A DNA stretch of 64,000 bases from NCBI GenBank assembly GCA_003354005.1, contig PIWD01000001.1:19489-83488 (forward strand). Direction: 5' to 3'. Made by a program: the position numbers and the translations under genes. The notes beneath the pieces are model-generated. The model searched no databases. It had not been told where the DNA came from and saw nothing but the letters and a program-made list of their open reading frames with translations. Source of the DNA: Gammaproteobacteria bacterium (GTDB lineage Bacteria; Pseudomonadota; Gammaproteobacteria; PIWD01). Positions 32,938 through 43,187 of the stretch are shown here, one piece after another (positions within the stretch are counted from its first letter, which is position 1; each line of letters opens with the position of its first letter).

Positions 32938-34239
32938 ATGATTGACTTACAACAACTACGTCAAAATATTGAAATGATTGCTGCACGTTTATACAAAGAG
33001 CGTGGTTTTAAGCTCGATGTTATCGAGATGCAGCGTCTGGAGGTGCAGCGTAAAACCCGCCAAATTATTGTGCAAGATTTACAACATAAGCGCAATAAAG
33101 CCGCAAAAGTGTTAGGGCAAGAAAAGGCAAAAGGTCTCGATATTCGCGACCAATCCAAGGCATTAAAACAAGATGGTGTCGCACTAAAAGTGGCACAAAC
33201 AGAATTACAAGCCTTGCAAAGTGAACTTGAAGCACTGTACTTAAGTATACCTAATTTATTGCACCCTAGCGTACCAAACGGTAAAAACAGTAATGACAAT
33301 CGTGTTGAGCGTCACTGGGGAACACCAAATATCTTTACATTTACTGCAAAAGATCACCTAAGTCTAGGTCGTGCACTTAAACAGCTTGATATGGAACGAG
33401 CAGCCAAACTTTCTGGTGCACGTTTTTCGGTTCTATATGGTGATTTGGCAAGGCTGCAGCGTGCATTGATTCAATTTATGCTCAATACACATACAGCTAA
33501 TCATGGTTATCAAGAGGTTTATGTGCCTTACCTAGTGAAAAAAACCTGCTTATATGGTACGGGACAGTTACCAAAGTTTAAGGAAGATGATGAAGAGTTT
33601 TCACTTGCTGGTGCATATTGTGATTTAACTTTGATTCCAACGGCTGAAGTACCAGTAACGAACCTAGTGTGTGGAGAGATTATTCCATTTGAACAATTGC
33701 CACTTAAATGGGTTGCCCATACACCTTGTTTCCGCAGTGAAGCAGGGTCTTATGGAAAAGATGTACACGGTTTATTGCGTATGCATCAGTTTGAGAAAGT
33801 TGAATTGGTACAAATCACACATCCCGATCAATCAGAGCACCTGTTGGAAGAAATTGTTGGGCATGCTGAATTTATTTTGCAGCAATTGGAACTACCTTAC
33901 CGTGTTGTAACCTTATGTTCAGGTGATACAGGTTTTAGCTCAGCTAAGACTTATGATCTAGAAGTCTGGATTCCATCGCAGAAAATTTACCGTGAAATCT
34001 CATCGTGTAGTAATTTCGAGGACTTTCAGGCTCGGCGTTTAAAAGCACGTTTTCGTGATCAAGCGACAGGAAAACCTCGTTTAGTTCATACCTTAAATGG
34101 CTCAGCTTTGGCGATTAGTCGTGCTTTGTTGGCGATTATGGAGAATCATCAGGATGAAAATGGTCGTATTTATATTCCAAGCGTCTTACAGCCTTACATG
34201 AATCAACAAAGCCATTTAGATAATCAAGGGAGCAAATAA
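32938..34239 (+). CDS. serS: Seryl-tRNA synthetase
   Basis: N-terminal coiled-coil, class II motifs (FRSE...G..G.R.HQFEKVE, ..GSALA..R). Confidence 0.9.
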   Translation: MIDLQQLRQNIEMIAARLYKERGFKLDVIEMQRLEVQRKTRQIIVQDLQHKRNKAAKVLGQEKAKGLDIRDQSKALKQDGVALKVAQTELQALQSELEALYLSIPNLLHPSVPNGKNSNDNRVERHWGTPNIFTFTAKDHLSLGRALKQLDMERAAKLSGARFSVLYGDLARLQRALIQFMLNTHTANHGYQEVYVPYLVKKTCLYGTGQLPKFKEDDEEFSLAGAYCDLTLIPTAEVPVTNLVCGEIIPFEQLPLKWVAHTPCFRSEAGSYGKDVHGLLRMHQFEKVELVQITHPDQSEHLLEEIVGHAEFILQQLELPYRVVTLCSGDTGFSSAKTYDLEVWIPSQKIYREISSCSNFEDFQARRLKARFRDQATGKPRLVHTLNGSALAISRALLAIMENHQDENGRIYIPSVLQPYMNQQSHLDNQGSK

Positions 34240-35687
34240 TGACTGATACACTAGCGATTGCACAACAAAGCTTACTGTCAAGTAGTGATATTGATCTTGG
34301 ACAGTTACAGCGTGTACTTACAAGCTTATGGAAACCAGGTGTCAATATTGCTGATATTTATTTGCAAAATACTTATCAAGAAACTTGGGGGATTGAAGAC
34401 CAACTGCTTAAAAGTGGCTCATTTGAAATTGATCGTGGTTTAAGTGTACGTGTTGTAATGGGTGAAAAAACAGGTTTTGCTTATAATGATTCCATTGACT
34501 TAGAAAGTCTACACAATTCTGCTGCCATGGCCTCACAAATCATAGATAGCAAACAAGCAGGCAAAGCCTGCCAGTTGCAAGGCAAAGCGATTGCGAACCC
34601 ATTGTATTCAGAACAAAACCCATTGAAGGCCTTTAATGATCGTAAGAAAATTGATTTGCTAAAGCAGATTGATCGCGTTGCTAGAGCACAAGACAAGCGT
34701 GTTATACGTGTGAATGCTCAGTTAAGTGCTTCCTATGATATCGTGGCGATTGCAAATTTAACTGGATTATGGATTGCTGATGTTCGGCCACTAGTTAGTG
34801 TACATGTCACCGTGATTGCTGAGGATAAGGGACGTATTGAGCGTGGGTTTTCTGGTTGTGGTGCACGTGCAGATTATCAGTATTTGATCGATGAGAATCG
34901 AGGCATTAATTGTGCAGAGCGTGCGGTGCGTCAAGCCTTATTGAATCTTGAAGCCATTGCCGCACCTGCTGGAGTCATGCCCGTTATACTCGGGCCAGGG
35001 TGGCCTGGAGTACTCTTACACGAAGCCATTGGACACGGATTAGAGGGAGATTTTAATCGTAAAGGTAGTTCCGCATTCAGTGGACGTATAGGTCAACATG
35101 TTGCCACTTCAGCTTGTACCATTGTGGATGATGGGCAGCTTGATGGGCGGCGCGGTTCACTAAGCATTGATGATGAAGGGACTGTCACACAACGTACGGT
35201 ATTGGTTGAGAATGGAATTTTAAAAGCTTATATGCATGATCGACTTAATGCTGATCTGATGAATCACATACCGACTGGTAATGGACGTCGTGAATCCTAT
35301 GCCTGCCTCCCGATGCCACGTATGACAAATACCTTTATGTTGCCAGGTCAGTGTACACAAGAAGAAATCATTGCTTCTGTGGATCGTGGACTATATGTTG
35401 CTGATATGTCTGGTGGGCAGGTCGATATTACATCAGGTCAATTTGTTTTCTCCACCAGTGAGGCTTATTTAGTTGAAAAAGGCAGGATCATACATCCTGT
35501 AAAGGATGCTACCTTAATTGGTCATGGTCCCGATGTTTTAACGAAAATAGCTTTAGTTGGTAATGATTTGCAGTTAGACTTAGGCATAGGTGTCTGTGGC
35601 AAGGATGGTCAAATGGTACCTGTTGGTGTTGGACAACCAAGTTTATTAATTAAGGAATTAGTGGTTGGTGGTACACAACTTAATTAA
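34239..35687 (+). CDS. tldD: Metalloprotease TldD
   Basis: 482 aa, HEAIGHGLEGD zinc motif, PmbA/TldD fold; ATG overlaps serS stop (TAATG). Confidence 0.8.
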   Translation: MTDTLAIAQQSLLSSSDIDLGQLQRVLTSLWKPGVNIADIYLQNTYQETWGIEDQLLKSGSFEIDRGLSVRVVMGEKTGFAYNDSIDLESLHNSAAMASQIIDSKQAGKACQLQGKAIANPLYSEQNPLKAFNDRKKIDLLKQIDRVARAQDKRVIRVNAQLSASYDIVAIANLTGLWIADVRPLVSVHVTVIAEDKGRIERGFSGCGARADYQYLIDENRGINCAERAVRQALLNLEAIAAPAGVMPVILGPGWPGVLLHEAIGHGLEGDFNRKGSSAFSGRIGQHVATSACTIVDDGQLDGRRGSLSIDDEGTVTQRTVLVENGILKAYMHDRLNADLMNHIPTGNGRRESYACLPMPRMTNTFMLPGQCTQEEIIASVDRGLYVADMSGGQVDITSGQFVFSTSEAYLVEKGRIIHPVKDATLIGHGPDVLTKIALVGNDLQLDLGIGVCGKDGQMVPVGVGQPSLLIKELVVGGTQLN

Positions 35688-35821
35688 TTTATCATGTAGT
35701 ACTTGCATTGTTCAACCACTGTTGTTATAAAGGAGTTCACTTTTGTAAATGGAGCGGTAGATACAATGCTTCCGCTCATTCATTGGTGAAATAAGTTAAT
35801 TGAATAAATAAGAGGATAATT

Positions 35822-36094
35822 ATGAATAAAGCAGAACTTGTTGAAAAAATTTCTGAGATGACAGGTGTTAGTAAAACCTTGGCAGGTGAGATGCTAAATG
35901 CGTTTTGTAGTGTTGTTACTGACACGCTTGCTAATGGCAGTTCCGTTGCTATCATGGGTTTCTGTTCCTTGGTTGTACAAATGCGCGCTGAACGTGTAGG
36001 TAGAGATTTGCGTACGGGTGATAAGATTGTCATTCCTGCACGACGTGTTGTTAAATTTAAAGCTGGTAAGACCTTGAAAGAGCGAGTTGAATAA
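35822..36094 (+). CDS. hupB: DNA-binding protein HU (beta-like)
   Basis: 90 aa, MNK.EL...I, RAER.GRNP.TG..I.IPA....F..GK.LK pattern; upstream of ppiD as in E. coli. Confidence 0.85.
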   Translation: MNKAELVEKISEMTGVSKTLAGEMLNAFCSVVTDTLANGSSVAIMGFCSLVVQMRAERVGRDLRTGDKIVIPARRVVKFKAGKTLKERVE

Positions 36095-36103
36095 GTCACC
36101 ACT

Positions 36104-36179
36104 GGGTGCTTAGCTCAGTTGGTAGAGCGTCGCCCTTACAAGGCGGATGTCGTGAGTTCGAGTCTCGCAGCACCCACCA
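36104..36179 (+). tRNA. tRNA-Val (anticodon TAC)
   Basis: Cloverleaf folded by hand: acceptor GGGTGCT/AGCACCC, D-arm GCTC..GAGC, anticodon loop CTTACAA, T-arm GTGAGTTCGAGTCTCGC, CCA end encoded. Confidence 0.85.
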
Positions 36180-36190
36180 AGTATGTAATA

Positions 36191-36267
36191 GGAGTGGTAG
36201 TTCAGCTGGTTAGAATGCCGGCCTGTCACGCCGGAGGTCGCGGGTTCGAGTCCCGTCCACTCCGCCA
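36191..36267 (+). tRNA. tRNA-Asp (anticodon GTC)
   Basis: Acceptor GGAGTGG/CCACTCC, anticodon loop CTGTCAC, T-arm GCGGGTTCGAGTCCCGT, near-identical to canonical gammaproteobacterial tRNA-Asp; CCA encoded. Confidence 0.9.
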
Positions 36268-36289
36268 GATTTATAGAAAGTAGTCAGTT

Positions 36290-38104
36290 ATGCTACAGAA
36301 GTTACGTAATCGTGCTAAGAGTTGGGTAGCAATTGTCATTATTTTCTTTTTGGCATTGTCATTTGCTTTGTGGGGTGTCCAGAGTTATCTTGGGCATCAT
36401 ACAGCAGATGCTAAAGTTGCTACCGTAAATGGTAAAGCAATTACTGGTAAACGGCTAAAGCGTGCATATAAGATTGCTGAGTACAAATGGCGTATTTCGC
36501 ATCGTCTTGCTTTGCCGTCTTCGAATGATCGTGCAATCTTAAAGGCGCGGGTGTTACAGATGCTCGTTGCAAATGAAATTTTGTCTGGTGCTGCACAGCG
36601 TGCACATCTGACAGTGAGCAAGCAACAGGCAGCTTTGTGGCTGCATGATTTTCCAATATTTCAACAAGATGGAAAATTTTCCTGGTCACGTTATCAGAAT
36701 TTTATCGATAATTTTGCTTCTGGTTCGGAAGTAACTCTACTGAAAAATGTACAAGAGGATCTGGTTAATGCACAATTTTATAGTGCTTTTTCAGACAGTG
36801 ACTTTATCTTGCCCCATGAAATCAAACGTATCGAGCAGATCGTTAATCAAAAGCGTAGTGTTGACTATCTACTATTAGAAAAAACTAGCAAACAACCACC
36901 TATATCCAAGCAACAAATTAGCGACTACTATCAGCAACATCAGGCAAAATTTATACAACCCGAACGCGTTAAAATTGCCTATATTATTTTATCTTCCGAA
37001 GAAGTTCAAAAACACGTTAATGTGACAGAACAAGATATAACCCAAGCATACTATCAACATACTAGTTTATTTACCAAACCAGCTCGCTATCAAGTGATAT
37101 ATTGGGATGATCAAGCATCAAAATGGACATCTCCTAAATGGATTGTTCTAAATCAGTTGGAAAAAATTGACCAACAGAATCTGCTGGAGTTATCGAGTGG
37201 AAAAACCTTTACCTTATCTGCCAAGCATCCTTACAAAAAGCTTAAACTATTAAAAATCAAATCTCAACAAGTCATTCCTCTGAAAAAAGCGCACCTTAAA
37301 GCTAAATTATTAGCAAAGCAGAAAAAATTACAGCAAAATTGGGATAATTTAAGTCAAAAACTAGCTGAGCTAACATACATGCACCCTAAAGAACTTAAAA
37401 CAGCAGCATCACAACTTGGTTTGAGACTACAAACTAGTGATTACTTCACCCGAGAGGGTAACAAGGACGGTATCACAGCCATAAAATCTGTCCTCCAAGC
37501 TTCCTTTGACCCAGAAACCCTGGATAAAGGAAATAATAGTGATGTCATCACCTTGCCTGACCAGCACTTATTAGTATTACGTATCCTAGCACATCAGAAA
37601 AGCAATATTCAGGCACAAAAACAGGTTCATGACATTATTCTCAAGCAACTACAAGCAACAAAGCAGCGAGAGCAGACACAAATATTGGCGAGACAAATCA
37701 TGTCGTCAAAATATAGCGCACTCAAAAAAATTTTAAAACAGCATAGATTGATTTGGCAGCATCGGCAACTAGAGCGTCAGGATACCTTCATGTCACCTGT
37801 TGTTGTTGAACAAATTTTTTCCTTAAGCCCGAGAAAACCTTGGCATGGAATGTGGTTGGATAATAACCGCTACCTCTTAGTGCGACTACGTCATATACAA
37901 ACTGCTAAAGCATCGATTGAACCAGGTAAAATCCCCAAATCGTTTAAAAGTAAATGGCATCTACCAACTGCCTATGGTGAAGTGGCTGCACTGCTTTATG
38001 AACGGAGACTATGGCAAAAAGCACGTATTGTAGTTGATCCTCTCTACCATAAACAACAAAGCCTGCAACTTTCTAACATGGATCAACAGAACAAACCAGA
38101 TTAA
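36290..38104 (+). CDS. ppiD: Periplasmic chaperone / peptidyl-prolyl isomerase PpiD
   Basis: 604 aa, N-terminal TM anchor, SurA-like organisation, conserved hupB-ppiD order. Confidence 0.75.
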   Translation: MLQKLRNRAKSWVAIVIIFFLALSFALWGVQSYLGHHTADAKVATVNGKAITGKRLKRAYKIAEYKWRISHRLALPSSNDRAILKARVLQMLVANEILSGAAQRAHLTVSKQQAALWLHDFPIFQQDGKFSWSRYQNFIDNFASGSEVTLLKNVQEDLVNAQFYSAFSDSDFILPHEIKRIEQIVNQKRSVDYLLLEKTSKQPPISKQQISDYYQQHQAKFIQPERVKIAYIILSSEEVQKHVNVTEQDITQAYYQHTSLFTKPARYQVIYWDDQASKWTSPKWIVLNQLEKIDQQNLLELSSGKTFTLSAKHPYKKLKLLKIKSQQVIPLKKAHLKAKLLAKQKKLQQNWDNLSQKLAELTYMHPKELKTAASQLGLRLQTSDYFTREGNKDGITAIKSVLQASFDPETLDKGNNSDVITLPDQHLLVLRILAHQKSNIQAQKQVHDIILKQLQATKQREQTQILARQIMSSKYSALKKILKQHRLIWQHRQLERQDTFMSPVVVEQIFSLSPRKPWHGMWLDNNRYLLVRLRHIQTAKASIEPGKIPKSFKSKWHLPTAYGEVAALLYERRLWQKARIVVDPLYHKQQSLQLSNMDQQNKPD

Positions 38105-38183
38105 TGCCAGCGAGGTCTTCGGCTGCCCGATATGAATTAGTGACTGGTTTCAAGTTGACCGCCACATATAGAATCAGAGCATA

Positions 38184-39146
38184 ATGATACTGATGAGAAG
38201 TAAGATACCAGCAAAAACTTATCATATCGAGGATGTGCAGGCAGGGCAGCGTATTGATAATTTTTTACTCCAGCAACTCAAGGGCTTGCCACGTAGTCGA
38301 ATTTACCATTTATTGCGAAAAAAACGCATTAAAGTTAATCATAAAAAAGCCAAAGCCTGTTATCGCCTGGAGTCTGGTGATAAAATTGACGTTCCAGCCT
38401 GGAGTAAACCTGAATCCTTCCATAAGCTACCCTCAACCTCTGATTGTGATTTTCTTGCAAACCGTATCCTTTTTGAAGATGAACATCTGATTGTAATTGA
38501 TAAACCAGCAGGTATGGCAGTGCATAAGGGAACTGGTGTACCTTATGGTGTAATTGAAATCATGAAAGCAGTTTACCCACAGTATGAAAACCTGAGTTTA
38601 GCGCATCGTTTAGATCGTGGTACATCAGGATGTTTATTATTAGCTAAAAATTATACTATTTTATCCAATTTGCATGATCTTTTTCGTAGACATGCCATTG
38701 ACAAACATTATCAAGCCCTACTGTGTGGTGTATGGGGAGAAAAAGGGGCACAGCGTGTACAGCAACCTTTATTGAGAGATCGTATTAGTACTGGAGAGGA
38801 CTCCATCTGCATTGATCAAGAGGGAAAAGTTGCTGATACACAATTTATACCACTACAGTGTTATCAGAATACAACCTTAGTTGATGTAATCACAACAACG
38901 GGTCGTATGCATCAAATTCGTGTTCATGCTCGATACTTAGGAATGCCTGTTGCGGGTGATTTAAAATACGGTGATAAGATAAAGAATGCAGACTTACGAA
39001 AACTTGGGTTAAAGCGTTTATTTCTGCATGCAAGTCATATAGGCTTTACACTTCCGCATTTTGGTATGACGCTAAATGTTAATTGCAGTTTACCAAATCA
39101 TTTAAATAGTGTCTTAGACCATCTTAAACTTAAAGAAGGAAAGTAA
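38184..39146 (+). CDS. rluC: 23S rRNA pseudouridine synthase, RluA family (RluC-like, N-terminal S4 domain)
   Basis: HRLDRGTSGCLLLAK catalytic Asp motif; 320 aa; followed by maf-like gene as rluC-yceF in E. coli. Confidence 0.65.
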   Translation: MILMRSKIPAKTYHIEDVQAGQRIDNFLLQQLKGLPRSRIYHLLRKKRIKVNHKKAKACYRLESGDKIDVPAWSKPESFHKLPSTSDCDFLANRILFEDEHLIVIDKPAGMAVHKGTGVPYGVIEIMKAVYPQYENLSLAHRLDRGTSGCLLLAKNYTILSNLHDLFRRHAIDKHYQALLCGVWGEKGAQRVQQPLLRDRISTGEDSICIDQEGKVADTQFIPLQCYQNTTLVDVITTTGRMHQIRVHARYLGMPVAGDLKYGDKIKNADLRKLGLKRLFLHASHIGFTLPHFGMTLNVNCSLPNHLNSVLDHLKLKEGK

Positions 39147-39149
39147 CAT

Positions 39150-39626
39150 ATGTTTGAAAAAAAATTAATCATCTTTGATTTGCAGGGCACACTATTACAG
39201 GATACAACGTTTTATGATAGAGAACTCCTATTGTTTCCAGGTGTACGTGAGATGCTAGAAAGCTTAAAAGCGCGTGATTATCAGCTCGCCATTGCAACTG
39301 CAGCAACTCGCTCTGCTTTAGAACATGTGCTTGAACGGCTTAACTTAACCCATTTATTCGATATAACGCGTTCCATAAGTGAAACCAAGCCCAAGCCCAA
39401 TCCTTTGATGCTGCAAGAAATTCTAAATGTCCAACAACTCAAAGTGGAACAAGCCTTATATGTCGGTGACAGCGTACAGGATTTTAAAATGGGTTATGAA
39501 TTGCATATGGATGTTGTAGCCGTTGCTTATGGCGAAACTTACTATACCCAGGATGATTTAGATACCTCTCACGTAAGGTATACCATCGATAAACCAGAGG
39601 CATTGCTGAATTTGCTGAAAACCTAG
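39150..39626 (+). CDS. HAD-superfamily hydrolase-like protein (motif I reads DLQ instead of DxD)
   Basis: IIFDLQGTLL motif I, downstream K and DD motifs (VGDSVQDFKMG). Confidence 0.55.
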   Translation: MFEKKLIIFDLQGTLLQDTTFYDRELLLFPGVREMLESLKARDYQLAIATAATRSALEHVLERLNLTHLFDITRSISETKPKPNPLMLQEILNVQQLKVEQALYVGDSVQDFKMGYELHMDVVAVAYGETYYTQDDLDTSHVRYTIDKPEALLNLLKT

Positions 39627-40207
39627 AAAACATGTATTCCATTTTTTTCTAATAAGTCGATTAATGTGATCATAGGCAAGCCTGTGATCGCGCTGTGATC
39701 AGTTGATTCAATTGATTTGAACAATGTAATACCTGTACCTTCAATTTTTGTGCTCCCAGAACAGTTAAAAGGTTGATCTCTATCTAAATACTTACCAATC
39801 ACCTGATCGGATAGGGTGCGAAATCGTACTTTTGTCACGACATACGTTGTTTCACATTGCTGTGTGTACGTATTCATAACACATAATCCCGTATAAGAAT
39901 AAACAGTACGTCCGCTGAATGCTTGTAGCTGCTGTATCGCAGTTTCTCGGTTCAATGGTTTCCCAAAGATTCTATGATCAAGTTCAGCAACTTGATCTCC
40001 CGCAATAATAACAGCTTTAGGATAGTGCTGATGAACAGCCTTAGCCTTATTTTCTGATAAACGGGTTACCAACACTTTGGCTAATTCATGTAGTCTCGCT
40101 GTCTCATCAATCTCAGGTGTTGCGCATCTAAAGGGTATGCCAAGCATTTGAAGCTGCTGGCTACGGTATACTGATGATGAAGCTAAGACGAGTTCTAACG
40201 AGATCAA
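39623..40207 (-). CDS. maf: Maf-like nucleoside triphosphate pyrophosphatase (YceF/Maf)
   Basis: 194 aa, LASSS..R..LL N-terminus, Maf fold; convergent with HAD gene. Confidence 0.75.
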   Translation of the reverse strand: MISLELVLASSSVYRSQQLQMLGIPFRCATPEIDETARLHELAKVLVTRLSENKAKAVHQHYPKAVIIAGDQVAELDHRIFGKPLNRETAIQQLQAFSGRTVYSYTGLCVMNTYTQQCETTYVVTKVRFRTLSDQVIGKYLDRDQPFNCSGSTKIEGTGITLFKSIESTDHSAITGLPMITLIDLLEKNGIHVF

Positions 40208-40208
40208 T

Positions 40209-42896
40209 TTATGCTAGCCCTTTTACGTTTACTGGCTCTATTCCGTTTCCAATGTTATTGTGCTGTATTTGTTGCATAGTGTCTTGACATAGTAGATTAC
40301 TAGCTGGCATGATTCCGTTTTGTGTGCCTTGTGCTTCTTTAGTTACTTCTTCAAAAATTTTCTGTATATTGTATCCCAATCTTCTGTTCAAAATAAATAT
40401 GTTAATGATTGTAAAAATAAGTATACCAATATTACAGCCTGCAACAAGTAGCGTTGGGGACATGCTTATACCCACTAAGATAAATATACCAGTAGAGCAT
40501 ATTAATTCAATGAGAAAGATAAGAAAAAGTAAATTCATAGTGATATTTTGAGTATTTCTAACACATTCTTCTGATCTGATAAGGGATAAGAGATCCTCTA
40601 ATCTTGGCAATTCAAACTCAGCACTACGCAATTTTGGGTTTCCGCCAATAGAGAAACCACATTCTGCCTCATGTATCATACTCTGGTCATTAGAACCATC
40701 ACCTACAGCCCAGACAGTGATAGCATCTTTTTTCAGATTCTTGACAAACTTTCCTTTCTCGGCAGGGGACTGTGAACATAAGGGACTTGGAAACCATAAT
40801 TTATGAAACTCACTAATATTACTATTTTTTTTAGCAGTACAGCTTTGAGGAAGTTTTTTGAAGACTGATCTAAAAAGTTTATTATATGGACTTTCTAGTG
40901 TAAGACTATCAGCACCACTTATTATCTGAACCTTTATGTTATTTTTTATACAATAAATAATGAGTTCTTCAGTAATAACTTTGGTATCTTCAGGGGTAAA
41001 GGAAAAGCTGGTATCTGCTAGTTGCTTAAAATTATCTTCACCTGTAATTTTTTTTGCGACATAGGATTGTTGTTTGTTGCTGTTTTTTGCGATGCAATCT
41101 ATACCATGGTTCCGCATATATTTTGAATTCCCAATAATTATCTCAGTGCCATCTTCGTACCTTCCGTGTACACCACTGCCATAACCTTCATTTTCTATTA
41201 TAGTTGCCTTTTGTTGCTTATACGTGAATTCCTTATCATTCATCTTCTTAAGTAACTCTTTGGAGATTGACATAGCATGTTGGCTTTCCTGTGTGCTTTC
41301 TAATGACAATATTTTTGACACGATGTCAGCATTTAATTTACTACCTATTTTAACATCCTCGGCATAAAGTGAGTTATTTTTTGCCAATGTGCCAGTCCAG
41401 TCAAAGCAGATAGTTTTTTTTCCAGTCCTATTTGTAATAGGAAGGTGTAAGGAATGTATCTCTCTAAACTTCAGGCCAAATTTTCGTAAGACGCTACTAG
41501 CATGGAAAATTGACGAATAAAAACCTACAAATATAGTTGTTGGACAGAAGGCATTAAGGCAAGTAATAATATGAACTAAGATAAAGAACGGCAAGTCTAG
41601 ACAAATACCAACTGTTACAACTATAGCTACCCCTATAAGCAAGGAAATACAAAAAAGATTTGGCCATATTTTTATCAATCCAGACCTTTTATCCTCAGTC
41701 TCAGCAAGTGATCTGTTTTGCTCATCTTTTTTGTTTTTTATGAGCTTATACCCGTTCTTCAATGCCTTGACTGTTATTGTGAAATTTGAGCAATTTTTAG
41801 CACCAAAATATAGTTCTCTACCCAATTGGCAAGCAAACTCCCCAGTTATCCCTGTAACATCTTTATTGTCAATATTACAGCTTATTGTTTCTTTTTCTTC
41901 AAACCTAATTATAGTGGATCTGATGGGAACTTTCTCACCAGGAGAAATATGAAGAATATCATCTTCCTTAATTTTTTTTACAGGTTTCCACATTACTGTT
42001 TTTTGCGAATTTTCTTTACATTCTACTTTTACAAACCGATTGTAATTGGTATATTCCATGTTAAATTTTTCTACTTTCTCTTTTGTACCTGGGTTACTAA
42101 GTGCTGCATCGATGACGAATCCAGCAAGTAGAGCAAAAAGACTGATAAGGGAAGGAATAAAGAAGGGAGTGGTAATGCCAGCTAATAAAAACGGAGTAGG
42201 ATATATGACTACAAAAATTGATACTATAAAAGGTATGAAGACTGTAAGTGCGCCAATGCAGTGAATGCCAGGAGGCTGGATGCCATTTTTTTTTCCTTGG
42301 AATATATTGAGTTCATTGCAAGCCTTTTTAAGGATTGGTAGAGATGTATAGAGGATGATAAGGCTCAAAGGTATCATGATCACAAAATAGCCTGGCATAC
42401 AAAAGAAGCTTGTTAGTAGGGACACCCAATTTAAAGATTCAGCTACTTTTAATAAGGCAATAGATGCGCCTACAAGAAAAGTACTTGTAAGGCTTGATTG
42501 TACTTTCCAATCCTCATAACAATGCAATGCTTCCGAAATTTCAATTTTGGCTTGATAATTATCAGTAGTAAGCAAGTGACCTCCCTTGAACTCAGGAATC
42601 TCACTCTCAGAGTCGATGCGGTAAACTTCTGGAAAGGGAAGCTTTTTTGAATAAGATGGCTTCTGATGTTCTCCAGTGAAATACTCTTTTATCCTGTTAA
42701 AAAAGCTTTTCTCTTCTTCCAATAAGCCGAGTCGTTGTATTTTGTAGTGGTAGCCATTGCCTAGAAAAGTATCTAGCTGAGTACTTACCTTTTTCTCCCC
42801 TATCTCCTTATATTCATACTTTTCATCCGTGGACATGCCACCTGCACCAGATTGGTGTTGAATACAAGAATAATAACTAAAGGTTTTTTGTGTCAT
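40209..42896 (-). CDS. Divergent P-type-ATPase-like membrane protein (TGE, D-W-TGTL, GDGSND motifs) with about 140-aa N-terminal extension
   Basis: 895 aa; TM pairs flanking actuator (ITGEF) and P-domain (CFDWTGTLA ... WAVGDGSNDQSM); CPT in a TM helix; lysine of DKTGT replaced by Trp. Confidence 0.6.
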   Translation of the reverse strand: MTQKTFSYYSCIQHQSGAGGMSTDEKYEYKEIGEKKVSTQLDTFLGNGYHYKIQRLGLLEEEKSFFNRIKEYFTGEHQKPSYSKKLPFPEVYRIDSESEIPEFKGGHLLTTDNYQAKIEISEALHCYEDWKVQSSLTSTFLVGASIALLKVAESLNWVSLLTSFFCMPGYFVIMIPLSLIILYTSLPILKKACNELNIFQGKKNGIQPPGIHCIGALTVFIPFIVSIFVVIYPTPFLLAGITTPFFIPSLISLFALLAGFVIDAALSNPGTKEKVEKFNMEYTNYNRFVKVECKENSQKTVMWKPVKKIKEDDILHISPGEKVPIRSTIIRFEEKETISCNIDNKDVTGITGEFACQLGRELYFGAKNCSNFTITVKALKNGYKLIKNKKDEQNRSLAETEDKRSGLIKIWPNLFCISLLIGVAIVVTVGICLDLPFFILVHIITCLNAFCPTTIFVGFYSSIFHASSVLRKFGLKFREIHSLHLPITNRTGKKTICFDWTGTLAKNNSLYAEDVKIGSKLNADIVSKILSLESTQESQHAMSISKELLKKMNDKEFTYKQQKATIIENEGYGSGVHGRYEDGTEIIIGNSKYMRNHGIDCIAKNSNKQQSYVAKKITGEDNFKQLADTSFSFTPEDTKVITEELIIYCIKNNIKVQIISGADSLTLESPYNKLFRSVFKKLPQSCTAKKNSNISEFHKLWFPSPLCSQSPAEKGKFVKNLKKDAITVWAVGDGSNDQSMIHEAECGFSIGGNPKLRSAEFELPRLEDLLSLIRSEECVRNTQNITMNLLFLIFLIELICSTGIFILVGISMSPTLLVAGCNIGILIFTIINIFILNRRLGYNIQKIFEEVTKEAQGTQNGIMPASNLLCQDTMQQIQHNNIGNGIEPVNVKGLA

Positions 42897-42901
42897 AAAC
42901 A

Positions 42902-43085
42902 GCCGTCCAAGTCTTGAATTAATCTACGAACGCTGAAGTGTACTGCTACTCTGTGAGAATGTCAAGAAATATTTGAACAGGCAGACACTGCTTATTAAAT
43001 ATGCACGTGCATTTGATACTTGTTACAAAATACCGAAGATTACAAGAGAGGCTCGACTGATGGGGTATCTCGTATCACCCACATC
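42902..43085. repeat. Dispersed intergenic repeat, copy B3 (between ATPase-like gene start and nadA end)
   Basis: About 80% identical to 11048-11255 including GTCAAGAAAT...GAACAGG and GATTACAAGAGAGGCTCGACT. Confidence 0.6.
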
Positions 43086-43187
43086 AAGGAAGTAGTTTTA
43101 CTACACATACGATAAAACTGACTTATTTCAGCCATAGCCTAAAGTTGGAAGTTTCGTTATTTGTGGTAAATGACACTAAAATCTTTG

